A stretch of DNA of 63,939 nucleotides, the filler included, from Barthelona sp. PAP020 (taxonomy: Eukaryota), in the NCBI GenBank assembly GCA_040182905.1. It is 3 parts of 3 records of this genome, joined end to end, with 100 filler letters (N's around TTAATTAATTAA, not from the genome) between each part and the next. Parts side by side here need not be neighbours in the genome. Positions count along the whole stretch, not along the records: positions 1 to 24,696 come from JARQWU010000151.1; 2 more parts are not named here. One strand, given 5' to 3'. Numbering within the stretch: position 1 is the first letter of the stretch; every line of letters starts with the position of its first letter. Below are positions 12,901 to 21,575 of the stretch, in pieces. The notes beneath the pieces were generated by a model. That model was not told the DNA's origin, searched no databases, and worked only from the letters and a program-made list of their open reading frames with translations. A program made the position numbers and the translations under genes.

Positions 12901-12910
12901 CACAGAATAA
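9908..12910 (+). CDS. Vps39/Vam6/TGFBRAP1-like tethering-complex subunit
   Basis: 1000 aa: N-terminal beta-rich region, helical solenoid, then LLEILPD...L and a C-terminal CSRCKKDIG...RFVNGMYVHSVC zinc finger typical of the Vps39/Vps3 C-terminus. Confidence 0.75.
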   Translation: MSLDYIRETVFRKQQQESKDLQFNTKDNSYAKCFDVVDPFFFVIGFSNGNLFIQYRNEAIVSIVINFSAISYVKVLTINDYEWIVFAAHENYLSILKICYVNGELQHYSLLNNKAHANMIIGITILEDSDDLLNEIDDLVNFPCVFAVLCDASYHLYNYDLNYEERFSELFCYEFPNEFGDGTIPHSLVLNQYCVCLVFQTMLYHFAINSELILDWKKGSKRIPNIRTVWDEADRLRKHFEYPFLACSGRNTIIGVSNNRIFELDACTGLPTKNSKRSLPPLVDRSHRVVFMRYLPPFLAYLSTFNNEYFLSAMNLRIHSLAERVPVDIQPIAVAIPSITWNSRVYMLSKSQIQVFSTEPLQRILSNMTNGAADYERAITFLTHLKPSEWGDNYSKQFESLCTASAEEALRKYNVSAAIEKLQLAGLSISQILMRYSPLLIMEPSAFLETLSMGEISVLDSNVSRINPSDLSPTLNTERRRKSSRLNVVVGLLNDVDDIDLEKKLKEEKMELEENLGMIELALFYCSLIPIFATGDTISDEILQPFLPLFDWINTEKIAEILLYLKKFKLLQEYLLDKREFAIALDLFSKYKRSSAFIEVFRNIEYSAEIEYLIQSHLNVLIQLIKQESYINFFIDNPNFYLANNLPVANLIRPICIELLKDDVFSTSVASLLLKYPSIGSLTISQTNEINVTTNDVDNSTSSPSSISSTVTSSLSSTSINPSLPTSKDNSTSNTNEKDKLINIFIKKEIKYLKNTLNFEEKFQQKLPEIFGDYYDEIHSIYPGSIYNETENAIRYHYLFNILVKLNNYDGNEILQLLGDDVRFIFCKAAVIYVRHGNLLDAFKLLIDHNILVGAYLFAKHMEENKNIDNAIISLLGVLFKKNNELCAKIGIDIVQHEKNNLNLLDLLEILPDTIGLGFLNLKEHFSELIDVKNKFIQEQSLYKATINSLQLQIHKKKTETGFVIKPGTKCSRCKKDIGATHWRFVNGMYVHSVCYSTTE

Positions 12911-13071
12911 ATATTTAAAGTATTTGAGTGAGATCCACCAAATGTATTGGCACCAGATGAAAAACAACGTATTTTCTTGTTATTTGTGACACAAATTTAA
13001 GGTTTTTTTTTAATTTTTTAATAACAAATAGAGTATTTGTTGATGTGAATAAATGTTTTTATTTTTTTTTT

Positions 13072-13460
13072 CTTCTTGTACGAACCTTTTCCAGAACTTT
13101 CCCAAATCAGAGACTGGGAAACTCAGTTGATTAATAAATAATAAACCTAAATATTCATTCTTTTCAAGGGGTCCAGCGTTCCTAAAAGGAACATCTCTTT
13201 TTTGAGACCTACTCTTTCATAGGCTTTCGTAGGAGAGCCACGCACCATACGGGATGTGAAATACTGCGTTACTAATTGCTCAAAAGAACTTAACCCTCCG
13301 ATTTTTTCAAAAATTTATCCTAATTGTTCAAGATTTCATGCATTCACCGTGGCAGGTCAAAAATTTGGGGGTAGGTTAAGGAAAAGTTCCGTACCTTGAG
13401 GGAAAAAGGATTAATCGGAAAATTTCGATTCGTCAAAAATAGGCTTGTCAACAACCCTCA
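13072..13460. mobile_element. Unclassified non-autonomous repeat element, full A+B copy 1 (~390 bp)
   Basis: CTTCTTGTACGAACCTTTTCC...GTCAACAACCCTCA recurs at 20743-21132 and 36944-37336; flanks are T-rich; imperfect inverted repeat 13078-13092 versus 13380-13394. Confidence 0.85.
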
Positions 13461-13800
13461 TCTTTCTTTAGCTTTCTGTTTGAATTCTATTTGTTGTATT
13501 ATTCAATTAAGTAGTGTTCTATTCAATATGTTATTTATCTTAAAAGAACTTTTTTGACAGAAATCTTATTTTTGATTTTAAAAACCGTGGAATTTATAAA
13601 TATCAACACCACTCAAGATATTTTGAGGGCTTTTTCCTTTCAAAAATATGGCTTAATGTGGATAAACAATGCTTGGCTTCAGCAGGAGTTCCATGTCAAA
13701 ATAGAACATAGTTATTTTTGATTAAATAGATTGGACAAATAACAACAACCATTTTTTTCACTGTAAATAAATAATATGGTTGTTTCACACTGCAGCAACA

Positions 13801-13890
13801 GGCCATGAAGCACTGAGCGTATGAGTGAATAAGAAAGAATAGCGTTTATTTGATACAAAGTTTTTGAAACCCAATTGATCTGCTGAAAGA
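13801..13890 (-). repeat. Dispersed relic coding fragment, homologous to 48106-48196
   Basis: GAAGCACTGAGCGTATGAGTGAATAAGAAAGAATAG versus GAAGCACTCTGCGTATGAGTGAATAAAAAAGAATAG. Minus-strand frame: K*TLFFLIHSYAQCFMA versus KQTLFFFIHSYAECFLA. Confidence 0.75.
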
Positions 13891-14658
13891 CTTTAGATGT
13901 TTTTAAAATGAAAAGAAAGAACGTAAACATTTTGCTTCCTCAAAATTGCAAAAGAACTGGGACAAGAAACATGATTCCAAGTTTACACTTACTTGTCAAA
14001 ATTGAATTTCTCCGGTTCACTTTCTTCTCAAGGGAAAACGTTCCATAATTTTCCAAAATGAAATTTGTCCTTTTCTTTTCTCTAAAAGTTACATTATTTG
14101 ATCCCTACCCAAGAATTCGTTTGATATTTTTAAGATAATTGATCAAAGCCCTTGATCATCTGTTCTGCTAATCCAAAAATGACAAACTGGTCTTGAAAAA
14201 ACAAAAGATAACATAATTAAAAGTGAATTGGAGGTATTATCTCATTGAAATGGGATATAAAGCCTCATATTTATTGACAATACCCCGATTTGACGGACTT
14301 TATGTTGCTGGAGGCTGTTGAATCAATTTGCCAATGCGACATTTCATGTCCACCAACCTGTTAAATTGGTTCAAATTAAAGGATTTTTCATCCAAATGAT
14401 GAGAGACATCACAAAAACAAGAGGACAAAAGGTTTCAGATGTCCAATTTCTCAAATCATTCAAGTGTTTTGGTTTCATTTCATTTATGGATGGTTGATGT
14501 TGTTTTTACATTTGAAGTGACTCGCATGGTTAAAAAAACAGTTTGAAAATGTATTAAATGAGGAAATGAAAATGTGTTTTAAATTTACAAGTGTAGAACC
14601 AGAGAAGCCAGGTGAACATGTAATCATGGGATGTAAGTGCAAAATGCAAGGTGGAGTT

Positions 14659-16887
14659 TTACAGGTTTGAAGCTATGAATTCTTGGATTGGGACTTTTTT
14701 TTGATAATTGCTACCACTACACAACAAACGAGTTCCATCATGGTTGAGGGCCATATCACGAATATAAAAAGGTACTTTCACTTTCTGCAACACTTGACCT
14801 GTTTCTCTTCGAATCACAGCAAATGATTTGTCATATGCACCAGAATAGATCAATGAACCATCTTGGGAGAAGATGATTGAGTATATCCCCTTATCATGAA
14901 TCTCATACTTTCCCAACAACTCTCTAGATTCAACATCAAAAATCCTGACTGTACCACTATCATCACCTGTCGCCCAATAAGCACTATCAGGTGAAAAGTT
15001 GCCTGATCTGACCTGCTTTCCATCATGACTCCACGTGTGAAGCTCTTCATACGTCTCCAATGAAAACAACTTTGAACATCTATCCTCACTGACAGATGCA
15101 AAGTACTTCATATCAGAGCTGATACGTACAGAGTAAACATATTTTTCATGAGCTCGAGATTCATGCAACTTCTGTCCTTCAACCGTGTATATGCCAATGT
15201 AACCATTTCGCATACCAAAAGAAAGCAATTTGCCATCTGATGAGAACCAAACACGTTTTACTTCCATTGACATGCCCCTAATCACTCTTACTGTTCTCCA
15301 AGTATCAACCTCAAAGATATGAATTGCTGGACCATCACCACCAACAGCCAATAGTTTGGAGTCGGGACTGAAATTGAGACCAAAAGCAAATGCAACATAC
15401 TCCCCTTCATGCACAATTTCATGTGTTTCAGCGTTATAGACTCTGAGTAATTTACTAACATATCCCGCAACCGCAAAAAAGCGTCCATCAGGGCTGTAAT
15501 CAAGGGCAAAAACTATTGAATTAGGAAACTCCTCACAAAACACAGACCTTTCTTCAAATCTTTCGACTGCATGAACAATTTGCTTTCTATTTTCAGCTAG
15601 TTGTTGTCCATCACTGTTGTTCATAAGATCATTCAACTGGTCAGTTAAATTAGTTGAAACAAGTTGTTTTCCCTCACTGTTATTCATACGTTCATTCAAT
15701 TGGTTTGTCAAATGATCAACTTGATCTGATAATTCTTGGTTTATATTCATCCAGTTTCTTTTTTCTTCCATAAAATTGTCTGCTTGATTGACCAATTCTT
15801 TGTTTTTATTCATCCATTTCTCTTCTTTAGCTTTCAACCCACCGTTTTCAATCGTCAATTCTTGAACCCTTTCCACATATCCCTTTCTTTCCAAAAGCCA
15901 ACTGTTCTTTTCCTCTTCTAAAGTTGCAACTCTCTTCACCAATCTCTTCTCGTCGAATCCCAACCCCTCGAAACGCTCAATCAGCATCTGTAAATACTCA
16001 GTGATCTCACTGAACGTTGGCCTGGCATCTGCCTCAACAGTCAAACACCTTTTGATGATTCCAAACCCAGGTATTGTATCCAACAATTCCCTGCTATATG
16101 GAAGCTTTCCATTGCCCAATGTAAAAATGACTTTCAACTCACTCAACCCTTCAAAAGGAACAAAACCAGATACTACTTGAGCCAACATTACACCAAAAGA
16201 CCAGGCGTCAACAGCTGTTCCTATTATGTTCTCCTCTTCATTGGCCAACTCAGGAGCTGCATATCTCACAGCCCCCATCATAGAATTGGCCGAACTCCTG
16301 CTCGTATCACGAACAAGCCCAAAATCAGCGATTGCAGGCGTATACATCCCATCTACACCACGTCTCAACAACACATTATTCGGCTTCAAATCCCTATGCA
16401 TAACGCCTTTGCCATGACAAAACTCAAGCGCAGTGGAAACCTGCATCATAATAACTAACTTCTCCTTCAAAGACAACTCTGGTATCATTTCCTCCAGATC
16501 GGCATCACAATACTCCATCACAACAGCCTTTTTGTACTCAATCTCAGTAACTCCAAAAACCTGGCGAATAAAAGGGTGATTTAAAACCATGGGAAAGCAT
16601 TCTCTGGTAAGTTCATCAGCAGTAGTTTTTTCAACTTTATCAACAAAGACTTTCAAGACTACCATCTTTCCATGTCTTTTGGCAAGATGTAAGAGCCCAA
16701 ATCCACCTATTCTGAAGTCTCTTTCTACTATTTCAAAGTCACTTCCAGGTATATTGATGTCATTCGATTTCAAAAAATTATTTAATTTTTCAAAAGCATC
16801 TTCTTCTGGTTCTTTAACAATTTTTTTGCGCTTCTTTGCACGTTGTTCTAGTTCGTGTGATCCTTGGTTTTCTTCAAAGGTGAACAT
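14659..16887 (-). CDS. Protein kinase (TKL-like) - coiled coil - WD40 repeat protein
   Basis: Kinase motifs GGFG, VVLK, HRDLKPNN, DFG, YAAPE, DAWSFG; a coiled-coil linker; about 7 WD40 blades (ALDYSPDG, NFSPDS, HEKYVYSVRISSD, HDKGIYSIIFSQDG). Start moved to the first ATG (16887) because the ORF-track start is a TTG inside repeat A. Confidence 0.9.
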   Translation of the reverse strand: MFTFEENQGSHELEQRAKKRKKIVKEPEEDAFEKLNNFLKSNDINIPGSDFEIVERDFRIGGFGLLHLAKRHGKMVVLKVFVDKVEKTTADELTRECFPMVLNHPFIRQVFGVTEIEYKKAVVMEYCDADLEEMIPELSLKEKLVIMMQVSTALEFCHGKGVMHRDLKPNNVLLRRGVDGMYTPAIADFGLVRDTSRSSANSMMGAVRYAAPELANEEENIIGTAVDAWSFGVMLAQVVSGFVPFEGLSELKVIFTLGNGKLPYSRELLDTIPGFGIIKRCLTVEADARPTFSEITEYLQMLIERFEGLGFDEKRLVKRVATLEEEKNSWLLERKGYVERVQELTIENGGLKAKEEKWMNKNKELVNQADNFMEEKRNWMNINQELSDQVDHLTNQLNERMNNSEGKQLVSTNLTDQLNDLMNNSDGQQLAENRKQIVHAVERFEERSVFCEEFPNSIVFALDYSPDGRFFAVAGYVSKLLRVYNAETHEIVHEGEYVAFAFGLNFSPDSKLLAVGGDGPAIHIFEVDTWRTVRVIRGMSMEVKRVWFSSDGKLLSFGMRNGYIGIYTVEGQKLHESRAHEKYVYSVRISSDMKYFASVSEDRCSKLFSLETYEELHTWSHDGKQVRSGNFSPDSAYWATGDDSGTVRIFDVESRELLGKYEIHDKGIYSIIFSQDGSLIYSGAYDKSFAVIRRETGQVLQKVKVPFYIRDMALNHDGTRLLCSGSNYQKKVPIQEFIASNL

Positions 16888-16943
16888 GGGTGAAAAGAAA
16901 TTATGATGAAATGTTGAAAAATAATTTTCATCTTTTTTTTTTT

Positions 16944-17043
16944 CTTCTTGTACGAACCTTTTCCAGAACTTTCCCAAATCAGAGACTGGGAATCTCAGTT
17001 GACTAATAAATAATAAACTTTAATCTTTATTCTTTTTGGGGGT
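16944..17043. repeat. Repeat A only (left end of composite cassette 1)
   Basis: Matches the first ~100 bp of the 390-bp element, then diverges after GGGGGT into 'C' sequence (GCCTTGTTAA); preceded by T11. Confidence 0.9.
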
Positions 17044-17176
17044 GCCTTGTTAATAGGGTATCGTGGTACAGAGCGGTATCAGCAATGAAAAGAAACATTC
17101 CACAAGGGTTGTTTAATAAAAATATTTACCCTTATAAAGAGTGGGTTCAGCTCTTCACTGGAATTTATTTTTAGGA

Positions 17177-18000
17177 GACCAAAAGAAGAATGCTGACCGT
17201 GGATTCCTACAAAAGAAAGCAGTCTCGATCCTTAAAATCTCCGTGTGTGTGAGCAACTTCCTGAAGACAACTAGTATGTGAAACCATGCGAATTGGAGAC
17301 TCTGTTACCGATCATCAAGCAGGAAATTGACTGCTTTTTAGATTTTGAATCTTGGGACTACCTACCTCAAGGTCTAAACTTACACTTACGAATGTGTTCC
17401 AGTTTTGGTTTTGATTTCTCAATTCCGGATATCATGCAGAACCATCTTTTTATAAAGAAAATAGCAATAATTGTTTTTAAAAAAGAAAAGTAAAGGAAGG
17501 AAACAGATCTCACAGGAAAGCTGCAAACAGCGGAAATAGTGTTTCAAAGATACCGAAAGGGTGCATTGCAAGAAACAAATTGGATAAAACATAAAATGAA
17601 GTTGCAAAGCATAGACTCTATGGAAGTGTTCTGTGGAAGAAATAGACACTTGAACATCGAACTCCCAATTTAATTAGAAGAATCGATAAGTATTTTGTAA
17701 CAAGAAAAAATCAGAGGAGATCTTAAACCAAGAGTGATCAAAGGAATGGTAGCAACGGATGCTTCACCTTTGAAAAAAGGGATTGCGATAAAGACAAGCA
17801 ATACCACGAGAATGCAGTCAAAATAGGCAGACTGTTCAAACGATATTGCCCCTTTAAAGTAACCACAATAAACGTTGCAAAATTAATAAAGATTGTGAGT
17901 CCCCTTGATCTTCTTTTTAAGCCAAATATACAGTGTACTCTTTTCAAACACAACAAAAGACAGTTGACTATTGTTCAAGTCCTATATAAATGCACTTGAG
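17177..18000 (+). pseudogene. Degenerate ORF 'C' of unknown function
   Basis: One long plus-strand frame with scattered stops (...YVKPCELETLLPIIKQEIDCFLDFESWDYLP...KIRGDLKPRVIKGMVATDASPL/KRDCDK...ENAVKIGRLFKRYCP...). Stops here are sense codons in the second copy (34859-35248). Boundaries approximate. Confidence 0.5.
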
Positions 18001-18108
18001 ATAATGCATTATCAAATGAAAGAATTAGGACGCTTTATAAAATGAAAAGGTAAAACCTTGGAAATCGCCTTTTGCTGATGAAAAAAAAATTAGTGACACA
18101 AAAACAAT

Positions 18109-19194
18109 TTACACCACACATAAAGCCATCAGATCATCAAAGCTACATACTGCTAAATCTGTGGCCAAAACAGAGAATTCCAAAAAAGCACTTCTCATTA
18201 TTTCAGCGATCGATTGATATTTGGAGATATATATTTTGATGGAAAGATTTATGAATTCATCAAAGTTGTCACGATTAACAGATCTGGGTTTGAGCCCAAG
18301 TGATTTTAACTTGAATTCTGTTGATTAGCCCAGGATAGGGTAGCCTTAAGTTGGGTCTTAAGTTCTTCAACAATGTTGTCTTCGAATGGCTCCTGATTTA
18401 GCTAATCGATTTACAGACTTTGGGTGTTCACGTTTTTTGATTGGTTTTGAACGAGCAAAGCAACAACGGACGTAACTCGTTCAAGTTGTGTTGAGAGGTT
18501 GCCAATTAAAACGTCCTGTTGGTTATTTTCCTCTTTTAAATCAGAAATCATTTCAATCTTTTGAGAAAACAGTTTTACAATTGCTGGAAATTCAAAAATT
18601 ACATGTTTAGGCAAAAGTTCAGGGAAGATTAATCGAGGTATTTCAGACAAGTGTGGAACAATTTTTTCAAACAGAAGCCCAGTAAATGTCGGGTAGGCTT
18701 CTAAAAAGTCGCATAGTTCTGACATTTCAGTTTGAGACAACAGATTTTTATGTTCAACCATGAAATCAAATAAGTTACTGAGTACTTCAGGGTGTCTATT
18801 TGGTGTCAATTTCATCAAATTAGAAAAAGAAAATCCGTCAAGTGTAAAAAACAAATAATAGTGAGGAAATTGAATTTGCCTGATGTTTCCACCATTCTTG
18901 AAGCTTATCTCACATATTACATCATATCAAAACATACTCATCATAACAAATCCAAAGCCCACGTTTTAATAATAATAGAATAGTGCTACAAGCCTCTTGC
19001 TGGTTGCAGGCAGAAATCACAGATGAAACAACATTTTGAGCATTTTTTGAATAATCAACAAGTTCATTGACAAACGGTTCTCCTTCTTTTGTATCAAAGA
19101 GGGATTTGGCATAGGCAGGGAACATCTTTGTTAAAATTAGCAGTTTTTTCGGTTTTTGATTGTGTAAAAGCAAGTTCAAATTATTGCAAGCAAA
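18109..19194 (-). pseudogene. Decayed 3' half of the WD40-NGGN gene (second NGGN domain plus coiled coil)
   Basis: Reading continues in frame past the TAA at 19195-19197 (D*FACNNLNLLLHNQK...) into ORF 18922-19179. A frameshift near 18920 gives DVICEISFKNGGNIRQI, which runs into ORF 18411-18854; further stops and a frameshift follow, ending at TAA 18109-18111. Confidence 0.7.
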
Positions 19195-20436
19195 TTAATC
19201 TGCTTCTTGAGGATGAGATTCATTGTATTCAAGGAAACACTGGAGTAAAAGTTCAGGTGACATAAATTCGAGCATATTTCCACCATTAGCTGTATTCTTT
19301 AGAATAACATCTATGTCAACTTGCATAAATTCATTGGCTTCTTCTGCTGAAAGACACATTCCTGATGACAAAAGTTCAACAATGATAGTATCAGTGTGTT
19401 TAAATTGATAAATCGTGAGTAAATATGATATAACATTACCATGAGGATGTGAGAGCTCAATTAGATCTGATTTGTGAGTTTTAAGGTCATCAACGATTGA
19501 GATGTCAAACAATTTTACTGTGTTATTTGAACATCTTCCACACGCTATTTGTCTCTTATCAGGGGATATAGCAAAGGAAAAACAGGAAGAGTCACAATCA
19601 CAATGTACCTTCTGAATTTGCTGATAAGTTTCAACATTAAATGAGGTAATATAGCCATCACCAGACATAATAAGCAAGATATAGGGTGATAAGAAATGAA
19701 GACAAAATACTCGACCACCCATATCAAATGTATGTATGAGTGATCCGTCGTCCATGTTCCAGAGTTTGACTTTGTTTGATTTGTTACCAACAGCAATCAT
19801 TCTTTCAGTTGGGTGGAAATCAATAGCTCTAATTTCGCCACCTTGACTGAATGTACGAACAACAGACAAATCATCTGGGTCAACCAACTTGGCAGTTCCA
19901 TCACCACCTGCAGTCAAAAGATATTTACCAGCTGTTGATAGTTTCACTCTCCAAATCCAATTATTCTGAATTCTCTTTTCCAAGACAATTCTCCCATTAT
20001 TTGTGTCACTTTTCGTAAGATTTCCATTGTAATCACCATAATATACATAATTTGAACAAGAAGAAAAACAAATTCCATAAATACTACTTCCACCATTCAA
20101 TCTACACAAGATGGAGAAATCTGGAAGGCTGTATACAATGACAGACTCATCGTTGGAACATGTTGCCAACTTCTGCCCATCTGGTGAAATGGCAATACCA
20201 CAAACATAGCCTGTATGCCCTTTCAATGTACGATTCAACATTCCAGTTGCTACATCAATAACATGAACAGCTGCATAACTACCAACAACCAATTGTTTAC
20301 CATTTGGCAAGTATTTACTGTCAAACAAATAACTATAAATCACATTTGCAATTTCACCTCCCCTATTTTCATTAATATTTAGAGGAAATAAACCACATAT
20401 AAATTCTCCTATTTCACCACTTAATTCAACAGACAT
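19195..20436 (-). CDS. WD40-repeat protein with C-terminal NGGN domain (cassette copy 1)
   Basis: WD40 blades (LKGHTGYVCGIAISPDGQKLATCSND, IRAIDFHPTERMIAVG...VKLWN) followed by IVELLSSGMCLS...KNTANGGNMLEF. Confidence 0.9.
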   Translation of the reverse strand: MSVELSGEIGEFICGLFPLNINENRGGEIANVIYSYLFDSKYLPNGKQLVVGSYAAVHVIDVATGMLNRTLKGHTGYVCGIAISPDGQKLATCSNDESVIVYSLPDFSILCRLNGGSSIYGICFSSCSNYVYYGDYNGNLTKSDTNNGRIVLEKRIQNNWIWRVKLSTAGKYLLTAGGDGTAKLVDPDDLSVVRTFSQGGEIRAIDFHPTERMIAVGNKSNKVKLWNMDDGSLIHTFDMGGRVFCLHFLSPYILLIMSGDGYITSFNVETYQQIQKVHCDCDSSCFSFAISPDKRQIACGRCSNNTVKLFDISIVDDLKTHKSDLIELSHPHGNVISYLLTIYQFKHTDTIIVELLSSGMCLSAEEANEFMQVDIDVILKNTANGGNMLEFMSPELLLQCFLEYNESHPQEAD

Positions 20437-20742
20437 AATAAACTAACAAAACAAAGAAATAAATTGGATATTGACTAGAAATCATCAAAATTTCTCCAAA
20501 GTTCAAATTGCAAATATTCACCTCATGTCAATGAACGATGTTGACAAATATTCATTGCATGTAGTTGTTTTGTTTTTAGATTTAATTGAACTGCTCTTTC
20601 TTTAATGTTTACTAAACTATGAGCTATACAACCTATTCGGGTGATTAAGGGGTTATGGTATTAAATTATGGCTATTTTCTTTGTTCATTATGTGGAATTG
20701 GTGTTTGAATTCTTTCCAGTGAAATTATCATGTTCTATTTTT

Positions 20743-21132
20743 CTTCTTGTACTAACCTTTTCCAGAACTTTCCCAAATCAGAGACTGGGAAAACTCAGTT
20801 GACTAATAAACAATAAACCTTAATCTTTATTCTTCACGGGGGTCCAGCGTTCTTGAAAGGAACCTCTCTTTTTGAGACCTACTCTTTCATAGGCTTTCGT
20901 AGGAGAGCTACGCCCTATGCTGGGTGTGAACTACTGCGTTACTAATTGCTCAGTAGAGCTTAAAGCTCCGATATTTTTAAAAATTTATCCTAATTGTGCA
21001 AGTTTTCATGCATTCACCGTGGCAGGTCAAAAATTTGGGGGTGGGTTAAGGAAAAGTTCCGTATCTTGAGGGAAAAAGGATTAATCGGAAAATTTCGAAT
21101 TGCCAAATTGGCAAGCTTGTCAACAACCCTCA
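20743..21132. mobile_element. Unclassified repeat element, full A+B copy 2
   Basis: Near-identical to 13072-13460; followed by a T14 run. Confidence 0.85.
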
Positions 21133-21575
21133 TTTTTTTTTTTTTTGGGAATTCCACTCCAGAATTTTCGTATTTTATTTTATTCTTTTATGATTTATCA
21201 ACTCAATTTTTTCTTTCTGTCTGCTGTATTTTTGTTGTTTTACATTGTAAATATTGGTTTTCATAGATTGTTTTGTTAATAATTATTTGATTCATCCCAT
21301 ATTGTTTTCCTCTTTTACATACAATGGAAAGAACAATAACTTTAAAGCAATACAAATATTTTACTCATATTTATTGAAGTTTATCTGTTTTATATATTAT
21401 GTTTGATTGTTCGTTTCACTAGAATAAACACTTAAATTCAATACTTTTTGAATCTAAAGAAACATAAAATAATTTGGTGAAAAGAGTAGCGTTTCAACAG
21501 ATGCAGAAAACTTGAGAAAGTTCAAAAAAAAAAACTCTTTTCAATATTTTTACACAAAAACAATGGTTTACACAT

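Larger units (their letters stand above)
16944..21132. mobile_element. Composite cassette 1: A - relic ORF C - WD40/NGGN gene - A+B
   Basis: Colinear with 34590-37336 from end to end, including non-coding DNA; homology stops at the repeat ends. Confidence 0.75.

Noticed and set aside
13072..13460. Penelope-like pLTR or retrozyme with a hammerhead ribozyme
   Set aside because: No CUGANGA core found on either strand when I scanned a full copy. An HDV-like fold was tried and its P1 pairing is not conserved in copy 3.
13447..13460. GTCAACAACCC resembles the terminus of IscB/HEARO (omega-RNA) elements
   Set aside because: Only 11 nt; the following hairpin and other HEARO motifs are absent, and no IscB/TnpB/Fanzor ORF is visible.
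16888..16977. ORF-track N-terminal extension MGKFWKRFVQEEKK of the kinase-WD40 gene
   Set aside because: Starts at a TTG within repeat A. Similar non-ATG extensions at 31319, 42363 and 53969 were also trimmed to the first ATG.
18109..19197. Alternative genetic code (TAA/TAG = Gln), suggested by in-frame TAA/TAG in relic ORFs
   Set aside because: Intact genes end in TAA (ARPC2, alpha-SNAP, Utp18) and TAG, long ORFs contain no internal TAA/TAG, and the relics also have frameshifts.
19195..20436. Diversity-generating retroelement explaining WD40 variation
   Set aside because: Differences are not adenine-specific (GCA/CAA, GGC/CAC, TAC/CGT), and there is no RT or short template repeat in the window.
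20994..21266. ORFs within repeat B (also 37222-37428)
   Set aside because: Start and frame are not conserved among the three copies.
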